Source: an uncultured Verrucomicrobiales bacterium
Lineage (GTDB): Bacteria; Verrucomicrobiota; Verrucomicrobiia; JADLBR01; JAIBCM01
Reading direction: 5' to 3'
DNA: 64,000 nucleotides
Assembly (NCBI GenBank): GCA_964435495.1
Contig: CAYSZK010000001.1
Coordinates: 699-64,698 of the forward strand
Part shown: positions 40,757 to 48,998 of the stretch, one piece after another
Layout of the letters: every line of letters starts with the position of its first letter
Position numbering within the stretch: the first letter of the stretch is position 1
Made by a program: the position numbers and the translations under genes
Notes under the pieces: model-generated
The model's input: only the letters and a program-made list of their open reading frames with translations
The model's database searches: none
Told to the model about the DNA's origin: nothing

Positions 40757-41758
40757 TCACGCGGTTCCCGTTAGGAACCAGGTTGCCATGGGGCCTTTGC
40801 CCTTGATCTCGATTTCGCCCCGGGGCTCGAACGTGAAGGCGCCGCCCAAGCGTTCCTTGACGGCGGCGCTCACATGGATTTTGCCGGGTTCGCCGTGGGA
40901 TTCCAAGCGGCTGGCGGTGTTTACGGTGTCACCCCAGATGTCGTAGATGAATTTGCGCTTGCCGATGACGCCGGCGACGACGGCGCCGGCGTGAAGGCCG
41001 ATGCGCAACTGGAGCGCTTGGCGCCCGCTGTCGGCGACCGCGGCCCGCATCTCCAGGGCGAGCCGGGCCATGGCGGCAAGGTTGTCCGGACGCGGATCGG
41101 GCAGGCCCCCGGCCACCATGTAGGCGTCGCCGATCGTCTTGATTTTCTCCAGGCCGTGTTTTTCGACGAGGTTGTCGAAGGCGGAGAACACGCGGTTGAG
41201 CATTTCGACGAGGCTGATGGCGTCGAGCTTCGCGGAGAGCGGCGTGAAATTGACGATGTCGGCGAACAGCACGGAGGCGTCTTCGAAACGTTCCGCGATG
41301 ATTCCGCCGCCGCGCTTGAGGCGGTCGGCGATGGGGGCGGGGAGGACGTTGAGGAGGAGGCGGGTGTTTTCCCGGTTGAGGCGGTCGAGGGCGAGATGGG
41401 TGTTGACGCGGGCTAGCAGCTCGTGGGCGTTGAACGGCTTGGCGACGTAATCCACGGCGCCCAGTTCGAAGCCTTTGACGATGTCGGCGGTCTCGGTCCT
41501 GGCGGTGAGGAAGATGACGGGGATGTCCCGCCAGCCGGGATGTTCCTTGAGGCGGCGGCAGGTTTCGAAGCCGTCCATTTCCGGCATCATCACGTCGAGA
41601 AGGATCAGGTCGGGGACCTGCCGGGCGAGGGCGTCGAGGGCGATCCTGCCGTTGGTGGCCACGCTGATCTGGTAGCCTTGCTCCTTGAGAATGGCGGTGA
41701 CCGCCTGGATGTTGGCCGGGGTGTCCTCGACCAGCAGGATGCGTCCTTCTTTGTTCAT
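40757..41758 (-). CDS. response regulator receiver fused to class III adenylate/guanylate cyclase domain
   Basis: ILLVEDT…DLILLDVMMPEMDG is a REC domain. FADIVNFT…GDAYMVAGG…YDIWGDTVNTASR is a CYC domain. The start overlaps the HK stop (ATGA). Confidence 0.85.
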   Translation of the reverse strand: MNKEGRILLVEDTPANIQAVTAILKEQGYQISVATNGRIALDALARQVPDLILLDVMMPEMDGFETCRRLKEHPGWRDIPVIFLTARTETADIVKGFELGAVDYVAKPFNAHELLARVNTHLALDRLNRENTRLLLNVLPAPIADRLKRGGGIIAERFEDASVLFADIVNFTPLSAKLDAISLVEMLNRVFSAFDNLVEKHGLEKIKTIGDAYMVAGGLPDPRPDNLAAMARLALEMRAAVADSGRQALQLRIGLHAGAVVAGVIGKRKFIYDIWGDTVNTASRLESHGEPGKIHVSAAVKERLGGAFTFEPRGEIEIKGKGPMATWFLTGTA

Positions 41759-44700
41759 GAAATTCCGTCCGTGGCGGAGGGGCATGCCTCGTCGAGCCGG
41801 CCCAGGGCGCCGTGGAAGTCGTAACCGCGCACGGCGGCGGCAACGGCATCGAACGCCGGGGCGGGCATGGCGGCGCGCAGGAGCGCCTCCGATTCGTCGA
41901 GCCAGTCCACCGAGGCCGCGTCGAAATCGGCGAGGCGGCGGCGAAGCTCGATGGCCGCGGCGCGGGCCTGGGCGGGGTCCACGGTGGCGGTTTCGGCGGG
42001 CGCGGGCATGGCGGGCGCGGCGGGCGCCGGTTCTTCGGGGAGACGCAAGAAAGCGCGCACTGCGGGGAGCAGGGCGTCGAGCGCGGCGGCGGTGGCGGCG
42101 TGAAGGCTCTGGATTTCGGCGGCCGGGGCTCGGGAACGGAGGGCGGCTTCGAGTTGGGCGGCGGCGGCATGCAAGGCTTTTGCGCCGAGATTGCCGGCGA
42201 CTCCCTTGAGGGCGTGCGTGGCGGCCTCGGCGGCGGGGAGGTCGCCGGAGGCGATGCTGGTCCCGATGCGGGCGGCGGTCCCGGCATTGTTCTCCGCGAA
42301 CTGGCGGAGCAACTTGTCGTAGAGCCTGGCGTTGCCGGCGACGCGCATGAGGCCGTCGGCGGTATCGAGGGTGGGGAGGGCTGGGGGCGGCGCGGGTTCA
42401 ACGGGGGAGGCCGGGGGGGCCGGAGGGGCGGGGAGTGGGGCGGTGTGGGTTGGGCGGAAATGCTTGGTGATGGTGGCGAACATCTGGACGGGGTCGATCG
42501 GCTTGGCGATGTGGTCGTTCATGCCGGCATCAATGCAGCGTTGCCGTTCCTCGTGCGTGGCGTGGGCGGTCATGGCGAGGATCGGCAGAGCCGCGAACTG
42601 GGGATCGGAGCGGATGAGCATGGTGGCCTGGTATCCGTCCATTTCGGGCATTTGCAGGTCCATGAGAACCAGATCGAACGCCGCGGGCGCGGCGGCGAGT
42701 TTTTCGACGGCATCGCGCCCGTTGTGGGCGAGGGAGACGGTGGCGCCGGCGCTTTCGAGGAGTTCCGTGGCGACCTGCTGGTTGATTTCGTTGTCTTCGG
42801 TGAGGAGGACGCGGGCGCCATCGATCCGGGCGGTGGCGTCGCGGGGCGCGGCCTGCGCGGCGGCGCCGGAGTCGGGTGCGAAGACGTTGACGAGCGTATC
42901 GACGAGCATGGACTTGGTGACGGGCTTGACGAGGAATCCGTCCACGCTCTCGGCCTCAGCCTCCTCGCGGACTTCCTCCCGGCCGAAGGCGGTGACGATG
43001 ACGAAGGCGGGCGGGTTGGGGATGGCGGGATCGTTCTTGATTTGGCGGATGGCCTGGATGCCGTCCATGCCGGGCATGCGCCAGTCCATGAAGACGATGT
43101 CGTAGGGGCTGGCGGCGGCGTGCTGGCGGACGGCGGCGATGGCTTCGAGGCCGGAGGCGACGGCATCGACGGCGGCGGCCATGGGGGCGAGGGCGTCGGC
43201 GAGGATTTCCCTGGCGGCGGCGTTGTCATCGACGACGAGGGCGCGGAAGGCGCGGAGGCCATCGGGGACGAGGCGCTGGGAGGAGCGTCCGGCGCCGATG
43301 CCGAGCCAGACGGTGAAATGGAACTGGCTGCCTTTGCCGGGCTGGCTTTCGAGCCAGATTTGGCCGCCCATGAGTTCGACGAGCCTGCGGCAGATGGTGA
43401 GGCCGAGGCCGGTGCCTCCGTGCTTGCGGGTGGTGGACATGTCGGCCTGGCTGAAAGGCTGGAACAGGCGGGCGGCTTGTTCCGGGGTCATGCCGATGCC
43501 CGTGTCGCGGACGGTGAACTGGAGTTTGGCCTTGTCGCCGGTGCGCTCGGCGACTTGGGCGGTGACCCGGACTTCGCCGGTTTCGGTGAACTTGACGGCA
43601 TTGGTGATGAGATTGGTGAGGATTTGGCCGAGGCGCAGGGGATCGCCGACCAGGTCCTGGGGGACATCGGCGGGGATATCGACTAGGAATTCGAGGCCTT
43701 TGTCGTGGGCCTTGCCGCCGGTGATGTTGACGGTGGAGGTGATGACATCGTCGAGGCGGAAGGTAGTGGATTCGATTTCGAGGCGGCCGGCCTCGACCTT
43801 GGAGAAATCGAGGATGTCGTTGATGATGGAAAGCAGGGAGGTGCCGGCGTTGTGGATTTTGGCGAGGTAATCGCGTTGTTTGGGTGTGAGGGCGGTTTTG
43901 AGGGCGAGGTGGGCGAGGCCGATGATGGCGTTCATCGGGGTGCGTATCTCGTGGCTCATGTTGGCGAGGAACATGGACTTCATCTGGGTGGCTTCCTCGG
44001 CCCTGGCCTTGGCCTCGATCATGGCCTCCTCCTGCCGGCGGCGCAGGGTGATGTCGGTGAAGCTGACGACCGCCCCCACGACGGCGCCGTCCTTGCGGAT
44101 CGGTGTGGCGCCGTATTCGACGGGAAGGGGCGAGCCGTCCTTGCGCCAGAGGCATTCGTCGTCCACAACGCGGGCCTCGCCGCGGGTGTAGGCGGCGTGC
44201 ATCGGGCATTCCTCGACCGGGTAGTCCGAGCCGTCGGGCCGGTGGTGGTGGATGAGGGCGTGGGACGGCTGGCCGATGAGATCGGCGGTGTCGAAGCCGA
44301 GCATTTTGCAGGCGGCCGGGTTGACGAAGGTGACGCAGCCTTTGACATCAACGCCGAAAATGCCCTCCGACGCCGACTGGAGGATCAGGCGGTTGCTTTC
44401 CTCGGCGGCGCGCAGCTCGGCGTTGCGGGCGGCGAACCGGAGGGCGTTGGCGACGGCCTCGGCGGCCTTGTCCAACCATTTGGATTGGATTTCCGAGAGC
44501 GGCTTGAAGAGGGCGAATTCGGCGGCGCCGACGAGATCGTCATCGGCGAGGAGGGGTTGGGCGACGATCTCGGCGGGGGCGACTTCGCCAAACCCGAAAT
44601 GGACGCGCAACGAGGAGGCGTCGGGGCCATGGACCAGGCGCTGGCGGGAGCGGGCGGCCTCGCCCACGGTGCCGACTCCGGGGGGATAGGCATGGCCCGC

Positions 44701-46278
44701 CGCGGCGTCCGGGTAGGCGTGGGCGGCGAGGCGGTGGAGGTTGCCGTCATCGGCGAGGGTGAAGATGGCGCCGGCCGGGGCTTCGAGGAACCGGATCATG
44801 ACGCCGAGGGCGCGCTGGGCGAGATCGGCGGTGGACAGGCAGCCGCGGAGGCTGGAGTTGAGCTCGGAGAGGCTGGATTCAAGGGCGGCCTGCTGGCGGG
44901 CTTGGCAGGCCTGGGTTTCCAGGGCGTCCTCGGCGGCCTGGCGGCGTTCGGCCATGAGATTGATGGCGTCGGAGAGGGAATCCTCGCTGCCGCGGCGGGG
45001 CACGCGGCGGCTGAAATCGCCTCCGGCGATGGAGGCGCAGACCGAGGCAACGTGGCGGTAGGAATCGACGACGCGGTTGAAGCTGCGGAACATCGCGCCG
45101 ATCTCGTCTTTCATTCGTCCGGGATCGGGGAGGTCCTGGCCGAGATTGCCGGAGGCGACGCGATCGGCGGCGTGCAGGGCGAGGCCGATGCGGCGGGAGG
45201 CGGAGGAGGAGAAGGCCCATGCGAGCGCGAGCGCGAGGCCGAGGGCGGAAAAGGCGATGGTCGAGGCCAGGAAGCCATGGCGCTTGATGGGGCCGAGGAC
45301 GGCGGCCTCCGGGAACTTGACGAGGACCATCCATTCCCCCGTGGGAACGGGGGCGGAGGCGAAGTAGCAGGGTTGTCCATCCACGGGATCAACGGCGGCG
45401 GTAAACCGCGCTTCCTGGCGGTTGGCGTGGAAGGCGGAGGCGATCTCCTTGTAAGGGGTGTCCTTGATCTCCTTGGTCCGGTAATGCACGGCAAGCGTGG
45501 AGGCGATGAACCGTCCCCGGCTGCTGATGAGGATGACGCCGACGCCGGTGTCTTTCTGGATGGACAGGAGGGATTCGGCGATGTCTTCGAGGGCGCGGTC
45601 CACTCCGGCGACGCCCGCGAAACGCCCGTCGCGGACGATGGGAAAGGTTTGTTCGACAATCATTTTGCCCTCGTACACGTAGGGCTCCGTCACCATGGGA
45701 ACGGGTTTGCCCTCGGCCAGGAAGCGGTCTTTGCAGCCCTGATAGTACAGGCTTTTTTCCATGTCGATCAGGGGGGTGAGCGAGATGGCGCCCGCCGCCT
45801 TGTTGTCGCGGAACCAGTAGGGGATGAACCGGCCTTCGGGACCAAAGGCGTTGCCGAGGGCGGCGGCATCGGGCGTGCCGGCGTAGGCGGCGTCCTGGCC
45901 GTCGGCGCCGGGTTCGTAGCCGAAATAGGCGCCTGTGAATTCGGGCGATTCTTCGAGAATCCGGCGGGCGTAGCGGAGGGAGGCGCCGCGGTTGCCGAAA
46001 AGGCCCTCCTCCTGAGCGAGGGCCATGATGCGGGCGGTTTGGACGGCCCGCTGGTTGCTTTCATCGATTTGGACGGCGATGGTTCGGGCGCGGGCGCGGA
46101 GGAGGTCCTCGGCCTGGGCGCGCATGGCTTTCTGGGTGCGCGAGGAAAGGAAGAGCAGGACGGCGGTGAGGACGGCCATGGCGGGGAGCATGACCCAGAG
46201 CATGAGGCGCCCACGCAGGCTGTGGCGGAAGGCGACGCGGGTGGGCGCGGTTGCGGGGGTTGGAGTTTGATCCGCCAT
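41755..46278 (-). CDS. hybrid sensor histidine kinase (periplasmic sensor, HAMP, GAF/PAS, HisKA-HATPase, two REC, HPt)
   Basis: An N-terminal TM helix and a Cache-like region are followed by HEIRTPMN (H-box), N/G boxes, two DxxxD…D…K receiver blocks and a C-terminal HPt (HALKG). Confidence 0.9.
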   Translation of the reverse strand: MADQTPTPATAPTRVAFRHSLRGRLMLWVMLPAMAVLTAVLLFLSSRTQKAMRAQAEDLLRARARTIAVQIDESNQRAVQTARIMALAQEEGLFGNRGASLRYARRILEESPEFTGAYFGYEPGADGQDAAYAGTPDAAALGNAFGPEGRFIPYWFRDNKAAGAISLTPLIDMEKSLYYQGCKDRFLAEGKPVPMVTEPYVYEGKMIVEQTFPIVRDGRFAGVAGVDRALEDIAESLLSIQKDTGVGVILISSRGRFIASTLAVHYRTKEIKDTPYKEIASAFHANRQEARFTAAVDPVDGQPCYFASAPVPTGEWMVLVKFPEAAVLGPIKRHGFLASTIAFSALGLALALAWAFSSSASRRIGLALHAADRVASGNLGQDLPDPGRMKDEIGAMFRSFNRVVDSYRHVASVCASIAGGDFSRRVPRRGSEDSLSDAINLMAERRQAAEDALETQACQARQQAALESSLSELNSSLRGCLSTADLAQRALGVMIRFLEAPAGAIFTLADDGNLHRLAAHAYPDAAAGHAYPPGVGTVGEAARSRQRLVHGPDASSLRVHFGFGEVAPAEIVAQPLLADDDLVGAAEFALFKPLSEIQSKWLDKAAEAVANALRFAARNAELRAAEESNRLILQSASEGIFGVDVKGCVTFVNPAACKMLGFDTADLIGQPSHALIHHHRPDGSDYPVEECPMHAAYTRGEARVVDDECLWRKDGSPLPVEYGATPIRKDGAVVGAVVSFTDITLRRRQEEAMIEAKARAEEATQMKSMFLANMSHEIRTPMNAIIGLAHLALKTALTPKQRDYLAKIHNAGTSLLSIINDILDFSKVEAGRLEIESTTFRLDDVITSTVNITGGKAHDKGLEFLVDIPADVPQDLVGDPLRLGQILTNLITNAVKFTETGEVRVTAQVAERTGDKAKLQFTVRDTGIGMTPEQAARLFQPFSQADMSTTRKHGGTGLGLTICRRLVELMGGQIWLESQPGKGSQFHFTVWLGIGAGRSSQRLVPDGLRAFRALVVDDNAAAREILADALAPMAAAVDAVASGLEAIAAVRQHAAASPYDIVFMDWRMPGMDGIQAIRQIKNDPAIPNPPAFVIVTAFGREEVREEAEAESVDGFLVKPVTKSMLVDTLVNVFAPDSGAAAQAAPRDATARIDGARVLLTEDNEINQQVATELLESAGATVSLAHNGRDAVEKLAAAPAAFDLVLMDLQMPEMDGYQATMLIRSDPQFAALPILAMTAHATHEERQRCIDAGMNDHIAKPIDPVQMFATITKHFRPTHTAPLPAPPAPPASPVEPAPPPALPTLDTADGLMRVAGNARLYDKLLRQFAENNAGTAARIGTSIASGDLPAAEAATHALKGVAGNLGAKALHAAAAQLEAALRSRAPAAEIQSLHAATAAALDALLPAVRAFLRLPEEPAPAAPAMPAPAETATVDPAQARAAAIELRRRLADFDAASVDWLDESEALLRAAMPAPAFDAVAAAVRGYDFHGALGRLDEACPSATDGIS

Positions 46279-46427
46279 GGGAGATATTTTGGCCGGGGCT
46301 TTGGAGAGGGGAGCGTAGGGGATGGAGCGGGGGATTGTCGATGGCGAACCGCTCGCACGCGGGGTTCAGCGCGTGAGAAGGGGTCTGAAGAGGGTTCGGG
46401 AAAAGGCGAAAAGGGGTCAGGGCGCAC

Positions 46428-46491
46428 AAATCAAGGGCCTTGCGCGAGCGCGGAGCGCTTCTTGCCAATCCAGCGGCTCAACCCGGGGGGC
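46428..46491. repeat. ~64-bp imperfect direct repeat, copy A (upstream of vapB-2)
   Basis: aatcaagggccttgcgcgagcgcggagcgcttcttgccaatccagcggctcaacccggggggcag differs by ~5 mismatches/1 indel from the copy at 47351..47414. Confidence 0.7.
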
Positions 46492-46581
46492 AGCAGTGAC
46501 GAGGGCCAATCCCCCAATCGACATGATCCGGGCGGTCCGACTGCGGGGGGGAACGGATTGACGGAAAGCCGTAAAGCCGGT

Positions 46582-46824
46582 ATGGATTTCCATATGAAGG
46601 TGAAAACGACACTCAACATTAGCGGCGCGACGATGCGGGAAGTCAAGCGTGAGGCCGCGCGGCGCCGGCAGACCATGTCCGAACTGGTCGAGGCCGCGCT
46701 GCGGATCGTTGTGGAACCGCAACAGCACGGCACGGTGCTGCCGCCCCTGCCGGAGTTCCGCGGCGGCGGGCTGCGCGTCGATGTGGCCAACCGCGACGCG
46801 CTATACAATGTAATGGAGCGGTAG
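46582..46824 (+). CDS. vapB: VapB-family antitoxin (Rv0623/PSK-like)
   Basis: MKVKTTLNISGATMREVKREAARRRQTMSELVEAALR is a classic VapB N-terminus. Its stop is 2 nt before the PIN gene start. Confidence 0.65.
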   Translation: MDFHMKVKTTLNISGATMREVKREAARRRQTMSELVEAALRIVVEPQQHGTVLPPLPEFRGGGLRVDVANRDALYNVMER

Positions 46825-46826
46825 CC

Positions 46827-47309
46827 GTGTTCGTTGTGGACACCAACATCCTGATCTACGGGTCTGACAAGGACTCGCCCGATCACAAGCGATGCCGGGG
46901 ATTGTTGGAATCGTGGAGGACGCAGCCGACGCCATGGTATGTGACATGGGGCATTGTCTATGAATTCCTCCGGGTGGTTACCCATCCCCGTGTTCTTACC
47001 CGCCCTTTTACGCCGGAGGAGGCATGGATGTTTTTAAACGCCCTGTTTGCCTCCCCGCGTCTTGGCGTGCTCGCCGAGACGGACCGGCACCGGCATGTCG
47101 CCGCGGAAGTGTTTTCCGAAGTGCCCGGCATTTCAGGCAATCTGGTGTTTGACGCGCATACCGCAATCCTGATGAGAGAAAACGGCATCCGGACGATTTA
47201 CACACGGGATTCAGATTTCAATCGGTTTCCGTTCCTGGATACGATCGATCCGATTACGGACAACCGACGAACCGGCAAATCCCGCGTACGCGGCAAACCG
47301 CGCCGCTGA
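46827..47309 (+). CDS. vapC: PIN-domain toxin VapC
   Basis: VFVVDTNILIY…LVFDAHTAILMRENGIRTIYTRDSDFNRF shows the PIN D…E…D…D pattern. It has a GTG start. Confidence 0.8.
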   Translation: MFVVDTNILIYGSDKDSPDHKRCRGLLESWRTQPTPWYVTWGIVYEFLRVVTHPRVLTRPFTPEEAWMFLNALFASPRLGVLAETDRHRHVAAEVFSEVPGISGNLVFDAHTAILMRENGIRTIYTRDSDFNRFPFLDTIDPITDNRRTGKSRVRGKPRR

Positions 47310-47350
47310 TTAGCGGCCCGCCGCGCAGCATGAAGGGGCCGGGGAGCATC

Positions 47351-47414
47351 AATCAAGGGCCTCGCGCGAGCGCGGAGCGTTTTTGCCAATCCAGCGGCTC
47401 AATCCGGGGGGCAG
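47351..47414. repeat. ~64-bp imperfect direct repeat, copy B (downstream of vapC-2)
   Basis: See copy A. Together the two copies bracket the ~860-bp vapBC module. Confidence 0.7.
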
Positions 47415-47437
47415 GTCTCCTTTCCCAAAGGGACGCT

Positions 47438-48136
47438 TCAAGGCAGAAGCAGGAGATAGCTTTGGGCGGCGAGGAGGGTGGTCAGGTGGAAGAACAGGGC
47501 TTCTTCCAGGGGGAGAATGCCGAAGAGACGGATGCCGAGAGTTTGGGAATCGTCGAAGAACCAGACGCCCGCGGCGATGGCGGCGGTGTCGAAGGCGCAG
47601 AGGATGAAACCCAGACCGAAGGTAACGGCAAGGACAGGGACGGGCATGCCGATCCAGACGCCACCGGCGCACCACTGGAGCGCGATGACGGGGAGCATCC
47701 AGACCAGAAGATGGCGAAGGTAGGCCAGGCGCGGCGGAAGGGGCAGGCGGAGGATAACCCACCCTGCGGGGATTGAAGCGGCGAGGGTCCAGGCGGCGGC
47801 AGTCCAGTCGGGCGGAAGTTTCATGGGGATGGGATGGCCGTGGAGCTTCCAAATGGTGACGTGCATGAGGAGGCAGGCCTGGACGGTCTGGATGACGAAA
47901 AAGGCGTATTCTTCCACGGGGCATTTGCCGATGCGGAAGCGGATGCGGTTGTCGGGGAAATCCCAGATGCCGCGGGCAACGGCCCAGTTATCCCAAGGGG
48001 TGGTGAAGGCGACGGCGAGGAGAACGACGCCGGCGGTGACGGCGGTGTCGGTCCAGGTCCAGGTGAAGGAGGCGGCGCCGGCGAGGAGGAGCAGCAGGGG
48101 CGCGTTGAATCGCCAATGGAAGGATTCGTAGGTCAT
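47438..48136 (-). CDS. lycopene cyclase domain-containing membrane protein (CrtYcd-type)
   Basis: It is polytopic, with lycopene-cyclase-domain motifs (…PVEEYAFFVIQT…, repeated half-domains). Confidence 0.65.
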   Translation of the reverse strand: MTYESFHWRFNAPLLLLLAGAASFTWTWTDTAVTAGVVLLAVAFTTPWDNWAVARGIWDFPDNRIRFRIGKCPVEEYAFFVIQTVQACLLMHVTIWKLHGHPIPMKLPPDWTAAAWTLAASIPAGWVILRLPLPPRLAYLRHLLVWMLPVIALQWCAGGVWIGMPVPVLAVTFGLGFILCAFDTAAIAAGVWFFDDSQTLGIRLFGILPLEEALFFHLTTLLAAQSYLLLLP

Positions 48137-48159
48137 GATGCCGGGGCGCCGCGCGGGGG

Positions 48160-48633
48160 TCAGCGCGAGATGTCGTGTTGGGTGAGGATTTCATAACCCG
48201 CGGCGCGGAGGACGGTGCGCGCGCAGTCGCGGTCTTCGACATGAAGGACGAGGCAGGGGCGTCCGCGCGGGCGGGTGAGGAGCGGGTACATGAAAAGGAT
48301 GTTGCACTCGCCCTGGAAGAGGGCGGCGAGGAGGCCGCGGAGTTCGGCGGCCTCGGCCATTTCGGCGACGAGGACGTGGGTTTCGGTGAAGGCATGGGCG
48401 TGTTCGTGGAGGATGTGGCGGGTGCGGTCCGGGTCGCTGACGAGGATGCGTTCGATGCCGCAATCGGAAGTGTCGAGGACGGAGACGGCGACGATCTGGA
48501 TGCCGGCGGTTTCCAGCATGCGGGTGAGGTCAAGGAGGCGTCCGACCTTGTTTTCGAGGAAGACGGAGAATTGGATGGTGCGTTCGGGTTCGCGCGCGCG
48601 TTGCGTTTCGGCCTGCACGCCCCCAGCTTGCAT
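48160..48633 (-). CDS. ACT domain-containing protein
   Basis: Two beta-alpha-beta-beta-alpha-beta ACT-like halves are present (FSVFLENKVGRLLDLTRMLETAGIQIV…). Confidence 0.55.
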   Translation of the reverse strand: MQAGGVQAETQRAREPERTIQFSVFLENKVGRLLDLTRMLETAGIQIVAVSVLDTSDCGIERILVSDPDRTRHILHEHAHAFTETHVLVAEMAEAAELRGLLAALFQGECNILFMYPLLTRPRGRPCLVLHVEDRDCARTVLRAAGYEILTQHDISR

Positions 48634-48683
48634 GAAGGCGCGGAAAAATCGAGCCTTTCAAGAAACTCGCATGGGCGCCGGGA

Positions 48684-48986
48684 TCAGGCGGGTTTTGGGG
48701 CGACGGACTCGAGGGTGGAAGCGAGGCGCGCGGAGATGATGCGGGAGATATTGAGCAGGACCTGGGAGACAAGGTAGGGGGAGAAGCGGCGGAGGGAAAG
48801 GAGGGAATCGTAGTCGAGGCTGAGGAGGCGGGCCTGGGTGCGCGCGACGACGTCGGCGGTGCGGGGGCGTTGGGAGACGAACGCCATTTCGCCGAAGATG
48901 TCGCCCAAGCCCAGGGTGGCGACGGTCTTGCGCGCATCGCCGGCGCCGACGGCGACTTCGAGGCCGCCGGAAAGGACGACGTACAT
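48684..48986 (-). CDS. cyclic-nucleotide-binding domain, C-terminal half (continuation of the upstream MMPL ORF across an in-frame TAA)
   Basis: YVVLSGGLEV…GDIFGEMAF…RTADVVA are the cNMP phosphate-binding-cassette motifs. It is in the same frame as 48999..51404. Confidence 0.6.
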   Translation of the reverse strand: MYVVLSGGLEVAVGAGDARKTVATLGLGDIFGEMAFVSQRPRTADVVARTQARLLSLDYDSLLSLRRFSPYLVSQVLLNISRIISARLASTLESVAPKPA

Positions 48987-48998
48987 GCGCGCGCCGGG

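Noticed and set aside
43705-46824. 1039-aa plus-strand ORF
   Set aside because: It is antisense to the hybrid histidine kinase and Gly/Glu/Asp-rich. Only its last ~80 codons are real, and these are annotated separately as vapB-2.
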